DNA from: Macrostomum hystrix
Taxonomy: Eukaryota; Animalia; Platyhelminthes
Direction of reading: 5' to 3'
Assembly (NCBI GenBank): GCA_950097015.1
Contig: CATNEN010000011.1
Span: 5,890,001-5,954,000, forward strand
Length of the DNA: 64,000 nucleotides
Shown here piece after piece: positions 29,301-42,900 of the stretch; the stretch's first letter is position 1; each line of letters begins with the position of its first letter. The position numbers and the translations under genes were made by a program. Below the pieces are notes generated by a model. It saw nothing but the letters and a program-made list of their open reading frames with translations, did not search any database and had not been told where the DNA came from.

Positions 29301-30102
29301 GGCCGAACGCCTTCGCAATGTCGAATGCGCCAACAACTTCTCGCCGAAGCAGACAAAGTCGGAGTGCCTGAACGAGTGCCAGTACAGCGAGTACGCATCG
29401 GCCATCGCCCTGGCCGAGTGGCCCGACCGCTCCTTCACCAGCCGGGGCAGCCTGATTCGCACCAAGAAGCTCGGCAGCGTGCTGGCTGACTACACTCGCC
29501 GAGTAGCCAACTGCAGCCCACCGGTGGCTCTCGTCACCTCTCTGCGTATCAGCAACAGAAACGTGTCTGGCTGCAAAGAGGACGACCATCCAAACTACGA
29601 CCGAGTGCCTCTGGAGAACACAACGTGCCGTGACCTGCAGTCGTTTGTCAGCAACACCCTCGTACAGGTGAGGGTCTATCCCAAAACCCTGACAATCCGG
29701 ATGCTGCTGGAGGTGCGCTCCTACGAGCTGGAGAAACTATTCAGCGACATCGGCGGCATCCTCGGCCTCTGGGTTGGCATCAGCGTCATCACCATCTTCG
29801 AGCTGGGTGAGATTGCCATCCTGACTGCAGTTTACCTGTACAATTTGCTGCACACCAAGGCACACGGGATTAGAGATCTGCGGTGCCGCTGTCCCAGTCA
29901 TTGCTGCGAGGGAGCCGCCGAGGATCAACGCGACGAGAGCCAGCAGCCCTGCTGCAATGGCACAGTTCAACACGAACATCAGCAGCTGCAGCCGGCGCAT
30001 CTAGAACAGGAGCCTCCGTGGCTGAAGTCACTCTCAGGAGCTGGCAGCAGTAGCTGCAGATCAGTGATGTGTATCCGCTATGATATCGAGACGAATTTGT
30101 GA
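26387..30102 (+). CDS. DEG/ENaC (amiloride-sensitive channel family) subunit; exons 26387-27568 and 29278-30102, ~668 aa
   Basis: STAHG motif, TM1, FPDVTIC, YGNCYTF, Cys-rich thumb, SAIALAEWP, and SDIGGILGLWVGISVIT (TM2). A phase-0 donor CAG|GTAGGT matches acceptor CAG|GCA. Confidence 0.92.
28125..28405. repeat. ~63-64-bp tandem repeat, ~4 copies (ENaC intron)
   Basis: Unit approximately TTTCTAACCCCCTAGAACACCCACCCCAGTCGTAGCCTCCAATCTATAAAATGAAATTGTACATAC. Confidence 0.85.
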
Positions 30103-30404
30103 GGCCTGTTAGTCTAAGCGCTGAACTGAGTGTACTTTATCGCACCTGGCTGTGACGCAGGGAATCTAACATATGCACTTTTACCTGCCACTGTTAATTA
30201 TCCCAATTGAAGGAATTATCCCTACTGTAAAAGTGCGATTGCTAAAAATTGCGTATTTTTTAATTTTGTTATTTAGGGAATGTGTTAAAAATGTTGTTTT
30301 AATGAAAAACACACTGATTCTAGGAAAGGGTTGCATTGTCTTTGTCAATTAAACAATCGTGAGACATATAGCATATAAACCGGCGATCCCGACTTTAATA
30401 TAGC

Positions 30405-32015
30405 ATTAAGGAACAGGTAAATGAGAATTGAATGGGTCATGAAGGAACAGGTAAATGAGAATTGAATGGGTCATGAAGGAACAGGTAAATCAGAGCTGAA
30501 TGTGTCCTGAAGGAACAGGTAAACAGAGCTGAATAAGGGATGAAGGAACAGGTAAATCATAGCTGAATAAGGGATGAAGGAACAGGTAAATCAGAACTGA
30601 ATGGGTCATAAAGGAACAGGTAAATCAGAACTGAATGGGTCATAAAGGAACAGGTAAATGAGAACTGAATGGGTCATAAAGGAACAGGTAAATGAGAACT
30701 GAATGGGTCATGAAGGAACAGGTAAATGAGAACTGAATGGGTCATAAAGGAACAGGTAAATGAGAACTGAATGGGTCATGAAGGAACAGGTAAATCAGAA
30801 CTGAATGGGTCATAAAGGAACAGGTAAATCAGAACTGAATGGGTCATGAAGGAACAGGTAAATCAGAACTGAATGGGTCATAAAGGAACAGGTAAATCAG
30901 AACTGAATGGGTCATGAAGGAACAGGTAAATCAGAACTGAATGGGTCATAAAGGAACAGGTAAATCAGAACTGAATGGGTCATAAAGGAACAGGTAGATC
31001 AGAACTGAATGGGTCATAAAGGAACAGGTAAATCAGAACTGAATGGGTCATAAAGGAACAGGTAAATGAGAACTGAATGGGTCATGAAGGAACAGGTAAA
31101 TGAGAATTGAATGGGTCATGAAGGAACAGGTAAATGAGAACTGAATGGGTCATGAAGGAACAGGTAAATGAGAACTGAATGGGTCATGAAGGAACAGGTA
31201 AATCAGAGCTGAATGTGTCCTGAAGGAACAGGTAAACAGAGCTGAATAAGGGATGAAGGAACAGGTAAATCATAGCTGAATAAGGGATGAAGGAACAGGT
31301 AAATCAGAACTGAATGGGTCATAAAGGAACAGGTAAATCAGAACTGAATGGGTCATAAAGGAACAGGTAAATCAGAACTGAATGGGTCATAAAGGAACAG
31401 GTAAATGAGAACTGAATGGGTCATAAAGGAACAGGTAAATGAGAACTGAATGGGTCATGAAGGAACAGGTAAATCAGAACTGAATGGGTCATAAAGGAAC
31501 AGGTAAATCAGAACTGAATGGGTCATAAAGGAACAGGTAAATCAGAACTGAATGGGTCATGAAGGAACAGGTAAATGAGAACTGAATGGGTCATAAAGGA
31601 ACAGGTAAATGAGAACTGAATGGGTCATAAAGGAACAGGTAGATCAGAACTGAATGGGTCATAAAGGAACAGGTAAATGAGAACTGAATGGGTCATAAAG
31701 GAACAGGTAGATCAGAACTGAATGGGTCATAAAGGAACAGGTAGATCAGAACTTAATGGGTCATAAAGGAACAGGTAGATCAGAACTGAATGGGTCATAA
31801 AGGAACAGGTAAATGAGAACTGAATGGGTCATAAAGGAACAGGTAAATGAGAACTGAATGGGTCATAAAGGAACAGGTAAATGAGAACTGAATGGGTCAT
31901 AAAGGAACAGGTAGATCAGAACTGAATGGGTCATAAAGGAACAGGTAGATCAGAACTGAATGGGTCATAAAGGAACAGGTAAATGAGAACTGAATGGGTC
32001 ATAAAGGAACAGGTG
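30405..32015. repeat. 34-bp minisatellite (AAGGAACAGGTAAATCAGAACTGAATGGGTCATA), ~47 copies
   Basis: Read directly from the sequence. Confidence 0.95.
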
Positions 32016-32524
32016 AATCCTATCCTAAAGAATACTGGACATTCTGTAGTAACTAGCCTAAAAAGTGAGTAAAAAGACCTAATTGCAAATACACCAATGT
32101 CAGTCATAAGCAGCAGCAGCAGCAGCAGCAGAGCTGCCTAATTAGACGTGCCTATAAAATGGCTAACCTGGTTAACCAGTCAGGCACAGCAACACCGGTG
32201 AGTCTGTACTCAGTCAATCAGTAGCCCGAAGGCTAGGCCAGTTCCCAGAGATGAAAGAAATGCGTGTGGCGGCTGGAAGTTTTTTTTATCAACCGTTTCG
32301 CGGGCAGCGACTGGAAGTGATTGTTATTTGGGAAAGACAAATATGCACAGCTGGTTGCCATGGGCGCTGACTGGGGCGGCTAACTTGCTACTGGAATGAT
32401 TCGCTTACCATCACTTTCGAGGGATGAGGGACTCCAGTGTTTTCGGACTCTTTTAAACATCAAACACTGGCCGCACTTTTCGTGCTCGCATTTGCCTCAC
32501 CAGATGCCCTTCATTTGCTCACTT

Positions 32525-33305
32525 GTTCACCTCACACCTCATCAGCTCATTCACACCTCATCAGCTGCTCACTCACAGCTCATCAGCTGATCATTCACAC
32601 CTCATCAGCTGCTCACTCACACCTCATCAGCTGATCATTCAGACCTCATCAGCTCATTCACACCTCATCAGCTGCTCACTCACACCTCATCAGCTGCTCA
32701 CTCACACCTCATCAGCTGCTCATTCCACAGCTCATCAGCTGCTCACTCACACCTCATCAGCTGCTCATTCACACCTCATCAGCTGCTCATTCACACCTCA
32801 TCAGCTGATCATTCACACCTCATGAGCTGCTCACTCACACCTCATCAGCTGATCATTCAGACCTCATCAGCTGCTCATGCAGACCTCATCAACTGCTCAT
32901 TCAGACCTCATCAGCTGCTCATTTACATCGCATCAGCTGCTCATTCAGACCTCATCAGCTGCTCATTCACACCTCATCAGCTGCACATTCATACCTCATC
33001 AGCTGCTCATTTACATCTCATCAGCTGCACATTCATACCTCATCAGCTGCTCATTCACACCTCATCAGCTGCACATTCATACCTCATCAGCTGCTCATTT
33101 ACATCTCATCAGTTGCACATTCATACCTCATCAGCTGCTCATTCACACCTCATCAGCTGCACATTCATACCTCATCAGCTGCTCATTTACATCTCATCAG
33201 CTGCTCATTCACATCTCATCAGCTGCTCATTCAGACCTCATCAGCTGCTCATTCACACCTCATCAGCTGATCATTTACATCTCATCAGCTGCTCATTCAC
33301 ATCTC
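32525..33305. repeat. 22-bp minisatellite (TCATCAGCTGCTCATTCACACC), ~35 copies
   Basis: Read directly from the sequence. Confidence 0.93.
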
Positions 33306-33789
33306 ATGAACAGTTCTCGTAAGAGAACAGACGAAACCGCAAGACGCTTTCATACTTGTAGATTTTCTAAGAAACAACTAGACAGGGACGCGATCCCTTC
33401 TCGACTTGGCTAGATCCAAATCCAACGAGTCCATTTCTTATCCCTAAATAATCCCAGAAAAAAACACGCTGACCTACAGTTATAAAAAAGTTAATCTACA
33501 AATGACTAACGAAAATTTTTTTTTCTTTCGGGACAAATCACTACAAGGATCAAGCCTAGTCGCATTGCTAAGCGCGTATTTGTATTAGACTTTTTGAACA
33601 CTCAGCCACAGATCCTCTGTGCGAATGTGTGAAGCTTCTGTGTGGCATTTCACGGCCTATGTCATGCCAAAAGAAATCTGGAAACCCACATGACTAAGAA
33701 ATAAATATATTAGTTTTCTTCCCGTCAACTAGCAAAAAAACTTCTGCTACACAATATTAACCTGGAAACTCTAAAGACAAACGGGTCTT

Positions 33790-36700
33790 TTTGAGATCTC
33801 ACCCCAGAGAAACCAGGCTAAATGAGATCTCACCCCAGAGAAACCATACTATATGAGATCTCACCATAAAGCAACCATACTATATGAGATCTCACCAAAA
33901 AGCAACCATACTATATGAGATCTCACCATAAAGCAACCATACTATATGAGATCTCACCATAAAGCAACCATACTATATGAGATCTCACCATAAAGCAACC
34001 ATAATATATGAGATCTCACCATAAAGCAACCATACTATATGAGATCTCACCATAAAGCAACCATACTATATGAGATCTCACCATAAAGCAACCATACTAT
34101 ATGAGATCTCACCATAAAGCAACCATACTATATGAGATCTCACCATAAAGCAACCATACTATATGAGATCTCACCATAAAGAAACCATACTATATGAGGT
34201 CTCACCATAAAGAAACCATACTATATGAGATCTCACCATAAAGAAACCATACTATATGAGATCTCACCATAAAGAAACCATACTATATGAGATCTCACCA
34301 TAAAGAAACCATACTATATGAGATCTCACCATAAAGAAACCATACTATATGAGATCTCACCATAAAGCAACCATACTATATGAGATCTCACCATAAAGAA
34401 ACCATACTATATGAGATCTCACCATAAAGCAACCATACTATATGAGATCTCACCCCAGAGAAACCATACTATATGAGATCTCACCATAAAGCAACCATAC
34501 TATATGAGATCTCACCATAAAGCAACCATACTATATGAGATCTCACCATAAAGCAACCATACTATATGAGATCTCACCATAAAGCAACCATACTATATGA
34601 GATCTCACCATAAAGCAACCATACTATATGAGATCTCACCATAAAGCAACCATACTATATGAGATCTCACCATAAAGAAACCATACTATATGAGATCTCA
34701 CCATAAAGCAACCATACTATATGAGATCTCACCATAAAGCAACCATACTATATGAGATCTCACCATAAAGAAACCATACTATATGAGATCTCACCATAAA
34801 GAAACCATACTATATGAGATCTCACCATAAAGCAACCATACTATATGAGATCTCACCATAAAGAAACCATACTATATGAGATCTCACCATAAAGCAACCA
34901 TACTATATGAGATCTCACCATAAAGAAACCATACTATATGAGATCTCACCATAAAGAAACCATACTATATGAGATCTCACCATAAAGAAACCATACTATA
35001 TGAGATCTCACCATAAAGAAACCATACTATATGAGATCTCACCATAAAGAAACCATACTATATGAGATCTCACCATAAAGAAACCATACTATATGAGATC
35101 TCACCATAAAGAAACCATACTATATGAGATCTCACCATAAAGAAACCATACTATATGAGATCTCACCATAAAGAAACCATACTATATGAGATCTCACCAT
35201 AAAGAAACCATACTATATGAGATCTCACCATAAAGAAACCATACTATATGAGATCTCACCATAAAGAAACCATACTATATGAGATCTCACCATAAAGCAA
35301 CCATACTATATGAGATCTCACCATAAAGCAACCATACTATATGAGATCTCATTATAAAGAAACCACAATATATGAGGTCTCACCATAAAGCAACCATACT
35401 ATATGAGATCTCACCATAAAGCAACCATACTATATGAGATCTCACCATAAAGCAACCATACTATATGAGATCTCACCATAAAGCAACCATACTATATGAG
35501 ATCTCACCATAAAGAAACCATACTATATGAGATCTCACCATAAAGCAACCATACTATATGAGATCTCACCATAAAGAAACCATACTATATGAGATCTCAC
35601 CATAAAGAAACCATACTATATGAGATCTCACCATAAAGAAACCATACTATATGAGATCTCACCATAAAGAAACCATACTATATGAGATCTCACCCCAGAG
35701 AAACCATACTATATGAGATCTCACCATAAAGCAACCATACTATATGAGATCTCACCATAAAGAAACCATACTATATGAGATCTCACCCCAGAGAAACCAT
35801 ACTATATGAGATCTCACCATAAAGCAACCATACTATATGAGATCTCACCATAAAGAAACCATACTATATGAGATCTCACCATAAAGAAACCATACTATAT
35901 GAGATCTCACCATAAAGAAACCATACTATATGAGATCTCACCATAAAGCAACCATACTATATGAGATCTCACCCCAGAGAAACCATACTATATGAGATCT
36001 CACCATAAAGCAACCATACTATATGAGATCTCACCATAAAGCAACCATACTATATGAGATCTCACCATAAAGCAACCATACTATATGAGATCTCACCATA
36101 AAGAAACCATACTATATGAGATCTCACCATAAAGCAACCATACTATATGAGATCTCACCATAAAGCAACCATACTATATGAGATCTCACCATAAAGAAAC
36201 CATACTATATGAGATCTCACCATAAAGCAACCATACTATATGAGATCTCACCATAAAGAAACCATACTATATGAGATCTCACCTTAAAGCAACCATACTA
36301 TATGAGATCTCACCATAAAGAAACCATACTATATGAGATCTCACCATAAAGAAACCATACTATATGAGATCTCATTATAAAGAAACCACAATATATGAGA
36401 TCTCACCATAAAGAAACCATACTATATGAGATCTCATTATAAAGAAACCACAATATATGAGATCTCACCATAAAGAAACCATACTATATGAGATCTCACC
36501 ATAAAGCAACCATACTATATGAGATCTCACCATAAAGAAAGCACAATATATGAGATCTCACCATAAAGAAACCATACTATATGAGATCTCACCATAAAGC
36601 AACCATAGTATATGAGATCTCACCATAAAGCAACCATACTATATGAGATCTCACCATAAAGAAACCATACTATATGAGATCTCACCATAAAGCAACCATA

Positions 36701-37845
36701 CTATATGAGATCTCACCATAAAGCAACCATACTATATGAGATCTCACCATAAAGCAACCATACTATATGAGATCTCACCATAAAGAAACCATAATATATG
36801 AGATCTCACCATAAAGCAACCATACTATATGAGATCTCACCATAAAGAAACCATACTATATGAGATCTCACCATAAAGCAACCATACTATATGAGATCTC
36901 ACCATAAAGAAACCATACTATATGAGATCTCACCATAAAGAAACCATACTATATGAGATCTCACCATAAAGAAACCATACTATATGAGATCTCACCATAA
37001 AGCAACCATACTATATGAGATCTCACCATAAAGCAACCATACTATATGAGATCTCATTATAAAGAAACCACAATATATGAGATCTCACCCCAGAGAAACC
37101 ATAATATATGAGATCTCACCATAAAGAAACCATAATATATGAGATCTCACCATAAAGAAACCATAGTATATGAGATCTCACCATAAAGAAACCATAGTAT
37201 ATGAGATCTCACCATAAAGAAACCATAATATATGAGATCTCACCATAAAGCAACCATACTATATGAGATCTCACCATAAAGAAACCATAGTATATGAGAT
37301 CTCACCATAAAGAAACCATACTATATGAGATCTCACCATAAAGAAACCATACTATATGAGATCTCACCATAAAGAAACCATACTATATGAGATCTCACCA
37401 TAAAGAAACCATAATATATGAGATCTCACCATAAAGCAACCATACTATATGAGATCTCACCATAAAGAAACCATAGTATATGAGATCTCACCATAAAGAA
37501 ACCATAGTATATGAGATCTCACCATAAAGAAACCATAGTATATGAGATCTCACCATAAAGAAACCATAGTATATGAGATCTCACCATAAAGAAACCATAA
37601 TATATGAGATCTCACCATAAAGAAACCATACTATATGAGATCTCACCATAAAGAAACCATAGTATATGAGATCTCACCATAAAGCAACCATACTATATGA
37701 GATCTCACCATAAAGAAACCATACTATATGAGATCTCATTATAAAGAAACCACAATATATGAGATCTCACCCCAGAGAAACCTTAATATATGAGATCTCA
37801 CCCCAGAGAAACCATAATATATGAGATCTCACTCCAGAGCAACCC
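33790..37845. repeat. 31-bp satellite (GAGATCTCACCATAAAG[A/C]AACCATACTATAT), ~130 copies
   Basis: Read directly from the sequence; highly homogeneous 4-kb array. Confidence 0.97.
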
Positions 37846-38534
37846 AAGCTTATCAGTGCGTTCCACACGCTAAAGATCTAATTGAAACTCAATCAGTTGG
37901 TCATCTCACTCACTCTCTCGTTATTTGTGTCTGAAACTAGCTTCCAAACTCCAGTGCTCAAATCTGACAGGGACTCAACTCAAGCCTCAACAGTGCTCAA
38001 CGCTTGCACTGCTCAATCAGTGTCCTTAGCTATGCTCAATATTATGATTATGACTACGGGAGGCTAGGAATGGAAATTAATGGAGAAATTAGGACTGAGA
38101 GATTTTGTCCGCCAACTAAGGCGACAAGTAGAAGGCCGGGGCAGCAGACAGTAAGTTATTTTCTAATCCGCCATCGAGGGAGTCGGAGAGACACGGCGGC
38201 TTAGCCAATCCGCGGATTATCGAATGATCTGCACTTTAAATTGGCGAAAATATTTTTTTGCACACAATTAAACAGTCTTTTCTGCCTTTTATCGGCACTA
38301 AACAGCCGCACAATTTGTGTAGCATTGTTGTTTTGTTTCAGCAACCGCCAAACTTTATATTTTATTTTCTGAAAAAAACTTCTGGGTGCAAAAAATTTAT
38401 CGAATATTTACTTATTATAATCCGCACAGTTATTCTAAACGATAGAACATGATTTAAAAGCTTCTGAGATTGAAAATGCGAAAATTAGTAGATAGAATTC
38501 TTGCACAAAAAACAGGTAGGTTCTGATGCCTGAA

Positions 38535-39590
38535 GAAACAGAGGACAATTAGTAGGACTGATGCCTGAAGGCCTGAAGAAACGGAGGATGAGTAAGAGCT
38601 GAAGCCTGAAGGCCTGAGGAGGATAATGATAATGATTCCTGAGGAGGAATCGGAGGATGATGAGCAGGTGCTGAATGCCTGTAGGTCGACTGAAGAATCG
38701 GAGGATAATGAGCAGGGGCTGATGCCTAAAGGCCTCCTGAAGAATCGGAGGATAATGAGCAGGGGCTGATGCCTGAAAGCCTCCTGAAGAATCGGAGGAT
38801 AATGAGCAGGGGCTGATGCCTGAAGGCCTCCTGAAGAATCGGAGGATAATGAGCAGGGGCTGATGCCTGAAGGCCTCCTGAAGAATCGGAGGATAATGAG
38901 CAGGGGCTGATGCCTAAAGGCCTCCTGAAGAATCGGAGGATAATGAGCAGGGGCTGATGCCTAAAGGCCTGAAGAATCGGAGGATAATGAGCAAGGCCGG
39001 AGCCTGAAGGTCTCCTGAAGAATCGGAGGATAACGATCAGGGACTGACTCCTGAAGGTCTCCTGAAGAATCGGAGGATAACGATCAGGGGCTGATGCCTG
39101 AAGGTCTCCTGAAGAATCGGAGGATAATGAGCAGGGGCTGATGCCTAAAGGCCTGAAGAATCGGAGGATAACGATCAGGGACTGAAGGTCTCCTGAAGAA
39201 TCGGAGGATAATGAGCAGGGGCTGATGCCTAAAGGCCTGAAGAATCGGAGGATAACATGGGTAGGGGCTGATGTCTGTGGGCCTGAAGAATCGGAGGATA
39301 ATGAGCAGGGGCTGATGCCTGAAGGTCTCCTGAAGAATCGGAGGATAATGAGCAGGGGCTGATGCCTGAAGGCCTCCTGAAGAATCGGAGGATAATGAGC
39401 AGGGGCTGATGCCTAAAGGCCTGAAGAATCGGAGGATAATGAGCAAAGGCTGATGCCTGAAGGCCTCCTGAAGAATCGGAGGATAACGAGCAGGGGCTGA
39501 TGCATAAAGGCCTGAAGAATCGGAGGATAATGAGCAGGGGCTGATGCCTAAAGGCCTGAAGAATCGGAGGATAACATGGGTAGGGGCGCA
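38535..39590. repeat. 42/47-bp degenerate minisatellite (CCTGAAGAATCGGAGGATAATGAGCAGGGGCTGATG...)
   Basis: Read directly from the sequence. Confidence 0.9.
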
Positions 39591-39955
39591 CATGCAATGG
39601 GGACAAAATGCCGAAGGCAGGATGAGAAATTCACAAGAAAACGGAACGCACTAGCAAGCTATAGTGTCCTGCAGAACAATATAGGAAATCGCAGCTTTTC
39701 TAAAAAAAACCAAAATGCCATTCATTCGATGCGAGCCTTCTGAGGGGCCTTAGAGAGAAGACACGCAATAAGTTTAGGGATTAAGGGGATTAAAGCGAAT
39801 AAGAAATTTACAGCAGCTTTTACCTCTCGCTAATCCATTTCTTTATTCAGGAAAAACTATGAAGGAAAGAAACTAGTGCGTAGGCCAATTATATCGATCA
39901 GATGTTTGCGGAATATTTTCAGCTGAAAATCTAGAAAGCATTTTTTTTGTTTTTA

Positions 39956-42900
39956 CTAAGACTTTTGAGAATTGAAATCAGAGTCTGCGCTGGCAGCAGC
40001 AGCAGCAGCAGCAGTCTCCAACAGTTTCTTAGTTCGCTTATCAGTGTGAGGCACAGCGCCTGAGGCCAATTGGAATCGACAGAGTGCCCGGATGGGTCCC
40101 AGAACAGCTGCCAGACAGTCCGACCTGCGTTCAAGAGAGTCCAAAGCCATCGCGGCGGCCTCGGCAGTGCACAGACACCCGGCGTCGGGCTGGGTTCTGA
40201 TGACGTAGGCAGACGACGAGTCAGACGCAGCGTTAACTCGGAGATGAGGCAGTTTGTGCAGAAAGTCATTGTGAAAGTGCAGCCCGCTAGCCTGCTGCCA
40301 GGTACCATCCAGAACTATCAGCGTGCTGACACTGCCAGGAGGTACAGAATCGGCTAGGACCGCATCGCTAGACGGATAGAGAACAGCGCAGCCGGGTGAG
40401 TCCAGTTCCCGCCGCCGACGATGACCGGCAAAGTGCCGACCGCGCCAGATTTCAACTCGGCCTGGCGACGCGGCTAGTTGAAGCATCCGAGCCGTCTGCA
40501 GCTTGCGCTTGTCCTGATGGAGAATGTGGTCAAGCCGGTTCAATTTGCCAGATATTACACTGTCTGAGTCGCTAGAATTGAGTTTTAGTTGTTAAAAGTA
40601 GAGTTTGAGTCGTTAGAGTAGAGTTTGAGTCGCCAGAGTAGAGGTTGAGTTGTTAGAGTAGAGTTTGAGACGGTAGAGTAGAGTTTGAGACGGTAGAGTA
40701 GAGTTTGAGACGGTAGAGTAGAGTTTGAGACGCCAGAGTAGAGGTTGAGTTGTTAGAGTAGAGTTTGAGACGGTAGAGTAGAGTTTGAGACGGTAGAGTA
40801 GAGTTTGAGACGTTAAAACAAAATTTGTGTTGTTAGAGTAGAGTTTGAGTTGTTAGAGTTGATTTTGAGTCGTAAGAGTAGAGTTTGAGAAGCAATAGTA
40901 AAGTTTGAGTCGTTAGAGTAGAGTTTGAGAAGCAATAGTAAAGTTTGAGTCGTTAGAGTAGAGTTTGAGAAGCAATAGTAAAGTTTGAGTCGTTAGAGTA
41001 GAGTTTGAGAAGCAATAGTAAAGTTTGAGTCGTTAGAGTAGAGTTTGAGAAGCAATAGTAAAGTTTGAGTCGTTAGAGTAGAGTTTGAGACGTTAGAGTA
41101 GAGTTTGAGACGTTAGAGTAGAGTTTGAGACGTTAGAGTAGAGTTTGAGTCCTTAGAGTAGAGGTTGAGTTGTTAGAGTAGAGGTTGAGTCGCAATAGTA
41201 AAGCTGGAGTCTTGAGAGTAGACCATATGAGTCGTTATTCAACCAATTCCACCTGCGACCACACTGCTAATTCCCAAAATATGAGGAAAAAGGAAGAATA
41301 AATTACAGCATCCCAAAAGTCTTCCATTTCTTTTGTCATGCACAGGTCCCAGTTTGTTTGTCTACACACAACACTGCACCATGCGACTTACTAATACAGC
41401 ATCCAAAAGAAGACAAACAATTCAATGCTGAAAATCTGAATTCAATGCCTAGGCTATGGCAGAGTGCAAATAAGACACTGGGGGGACAAAGTCTTCTGAA
41501 AAAATATGAAGCTGACATTTAGATCACAAAAGAGAAGCAACTAACTAAGCTTAGTGACAGGTAAGGCCACGTGGAGGGATAATTGACAGATTGCCTCTAA
41601 AAAGTTTAAGAAAAAGCATTCCTAAAAGATAGGGTAAAGCAGTCTTGCATGAGAGCGTGGAGCAGTCCTGAAGGTCAGGGTGGAGCAGTCCTGAAGGACA
41701 GGGTGGAGCAGCCCTGAAGGTCAGGGTGGAGCAGTCCTGAAGCTCATAGTGAGTCCTGAAGGTAAGGGTGGAGCAGTTCTGAAGGTAAGGGTGGAGCAGT
41801 CCTGAAGCTCATAGTGAGTCCTGAAGGTAAGGGTGGAGCAGTTCTGAAGGTAAGGGTGGAGCAGTCCTGAAGGACAGGGTGGAGCAGTCCTGAAGGTCAG
41901 GGTGGAGCAGTCCTGAAGGACAGGGTGGAGCAGCCCTGAAGGTCAGGGTGGAGCAGTCCTGAAGGACAGGGTGGAGCAGTCCTGAAGGTCAGGGTGGAGC
42001 AGTCCTGAAGGACAGGGTGGAGCAGCCCTGAAGGACAGGGTGGAGCAGTCCTGAAGGACAGGGTGGAGCAGTCCTGAAGGACAGGGTGGAGCAGCCCTGA
42101 AGGTCAGGGTGGAGCAGTCCTGAAGGACAGGGTGGAGCAGTCCTGAAGGTCAGGGTGGAGCAGTCCTGAAGGACAGGGTGGAGCAGCCCTGAAGGACAGG
42201 GTGGAGCAGCCCTGACGGTCAGGGTGGAGCAGTCCTGAAGGACAGGGTGGAGCAGTCCTGAAGGACAGGGTGGAGCAGTCCTGAAGGACAGGGTGGAGCA
42301 GCCCTGAAGGTAAGGGTGGAGCAGTCCTGAAGGTAAGGGTGGAGCAGTCCTGACGGTCAGGGTGGAGCAGTCCTGAAGGTCAGGGTGGAGCAGTCCTGAC
42401 GGTCAGGGTGGAGCAGTCCTGAAGGACAGGGTGGAGCAGCCCTGAAGGACAGGGTGGAGCAGTCCTGCAGGACAGGATGCAGCAGTCCTGAAGGTCAGGA
42501 TGAAGTTGTTTTAAAGGAAAAGAAAATTGGACAATTCTACCGAAATTAAGGATTATTTGAAGCAGAGCAGAAGCAGTTTGCTACTTTCAACATCAACCGA
42601 CAGTTTGCTTCAGACTGTTGAAATTTAAACACAGATCTTGAAGAACCAAGTGAGAAAAAGCTCTATTTAAAAAGTCTGCATTAGCACTTTGAGCACTCTG
42701 TGCGAATTTCCCCCAGGCAGTAGCGGATTCCTCTCCCAGGAGAAACGGTGCATTATAGGCGACTGACAAACACAGAATGCTCAGAGCAATCTAGAATTCG
42801 CACGAATTCAAATATACCTACAAGAGGTAAAACAGTATTAAAAAATGCCAGACGTGTGCGTATATTCTAGTCAAATCTTCAAGTGTAGTTTTGCAGGGAG

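Noticed and set aside
22791-39606. Long ORFs inside tandem arrays (22791-23372, 23050-23358, 25152-25707, 32396-33413, 39084-39606)
   Set aside because: They are open only because the repeat unit lacks stops in that frame. There are no splice or compositional signs of real exons, and some lie in introns.
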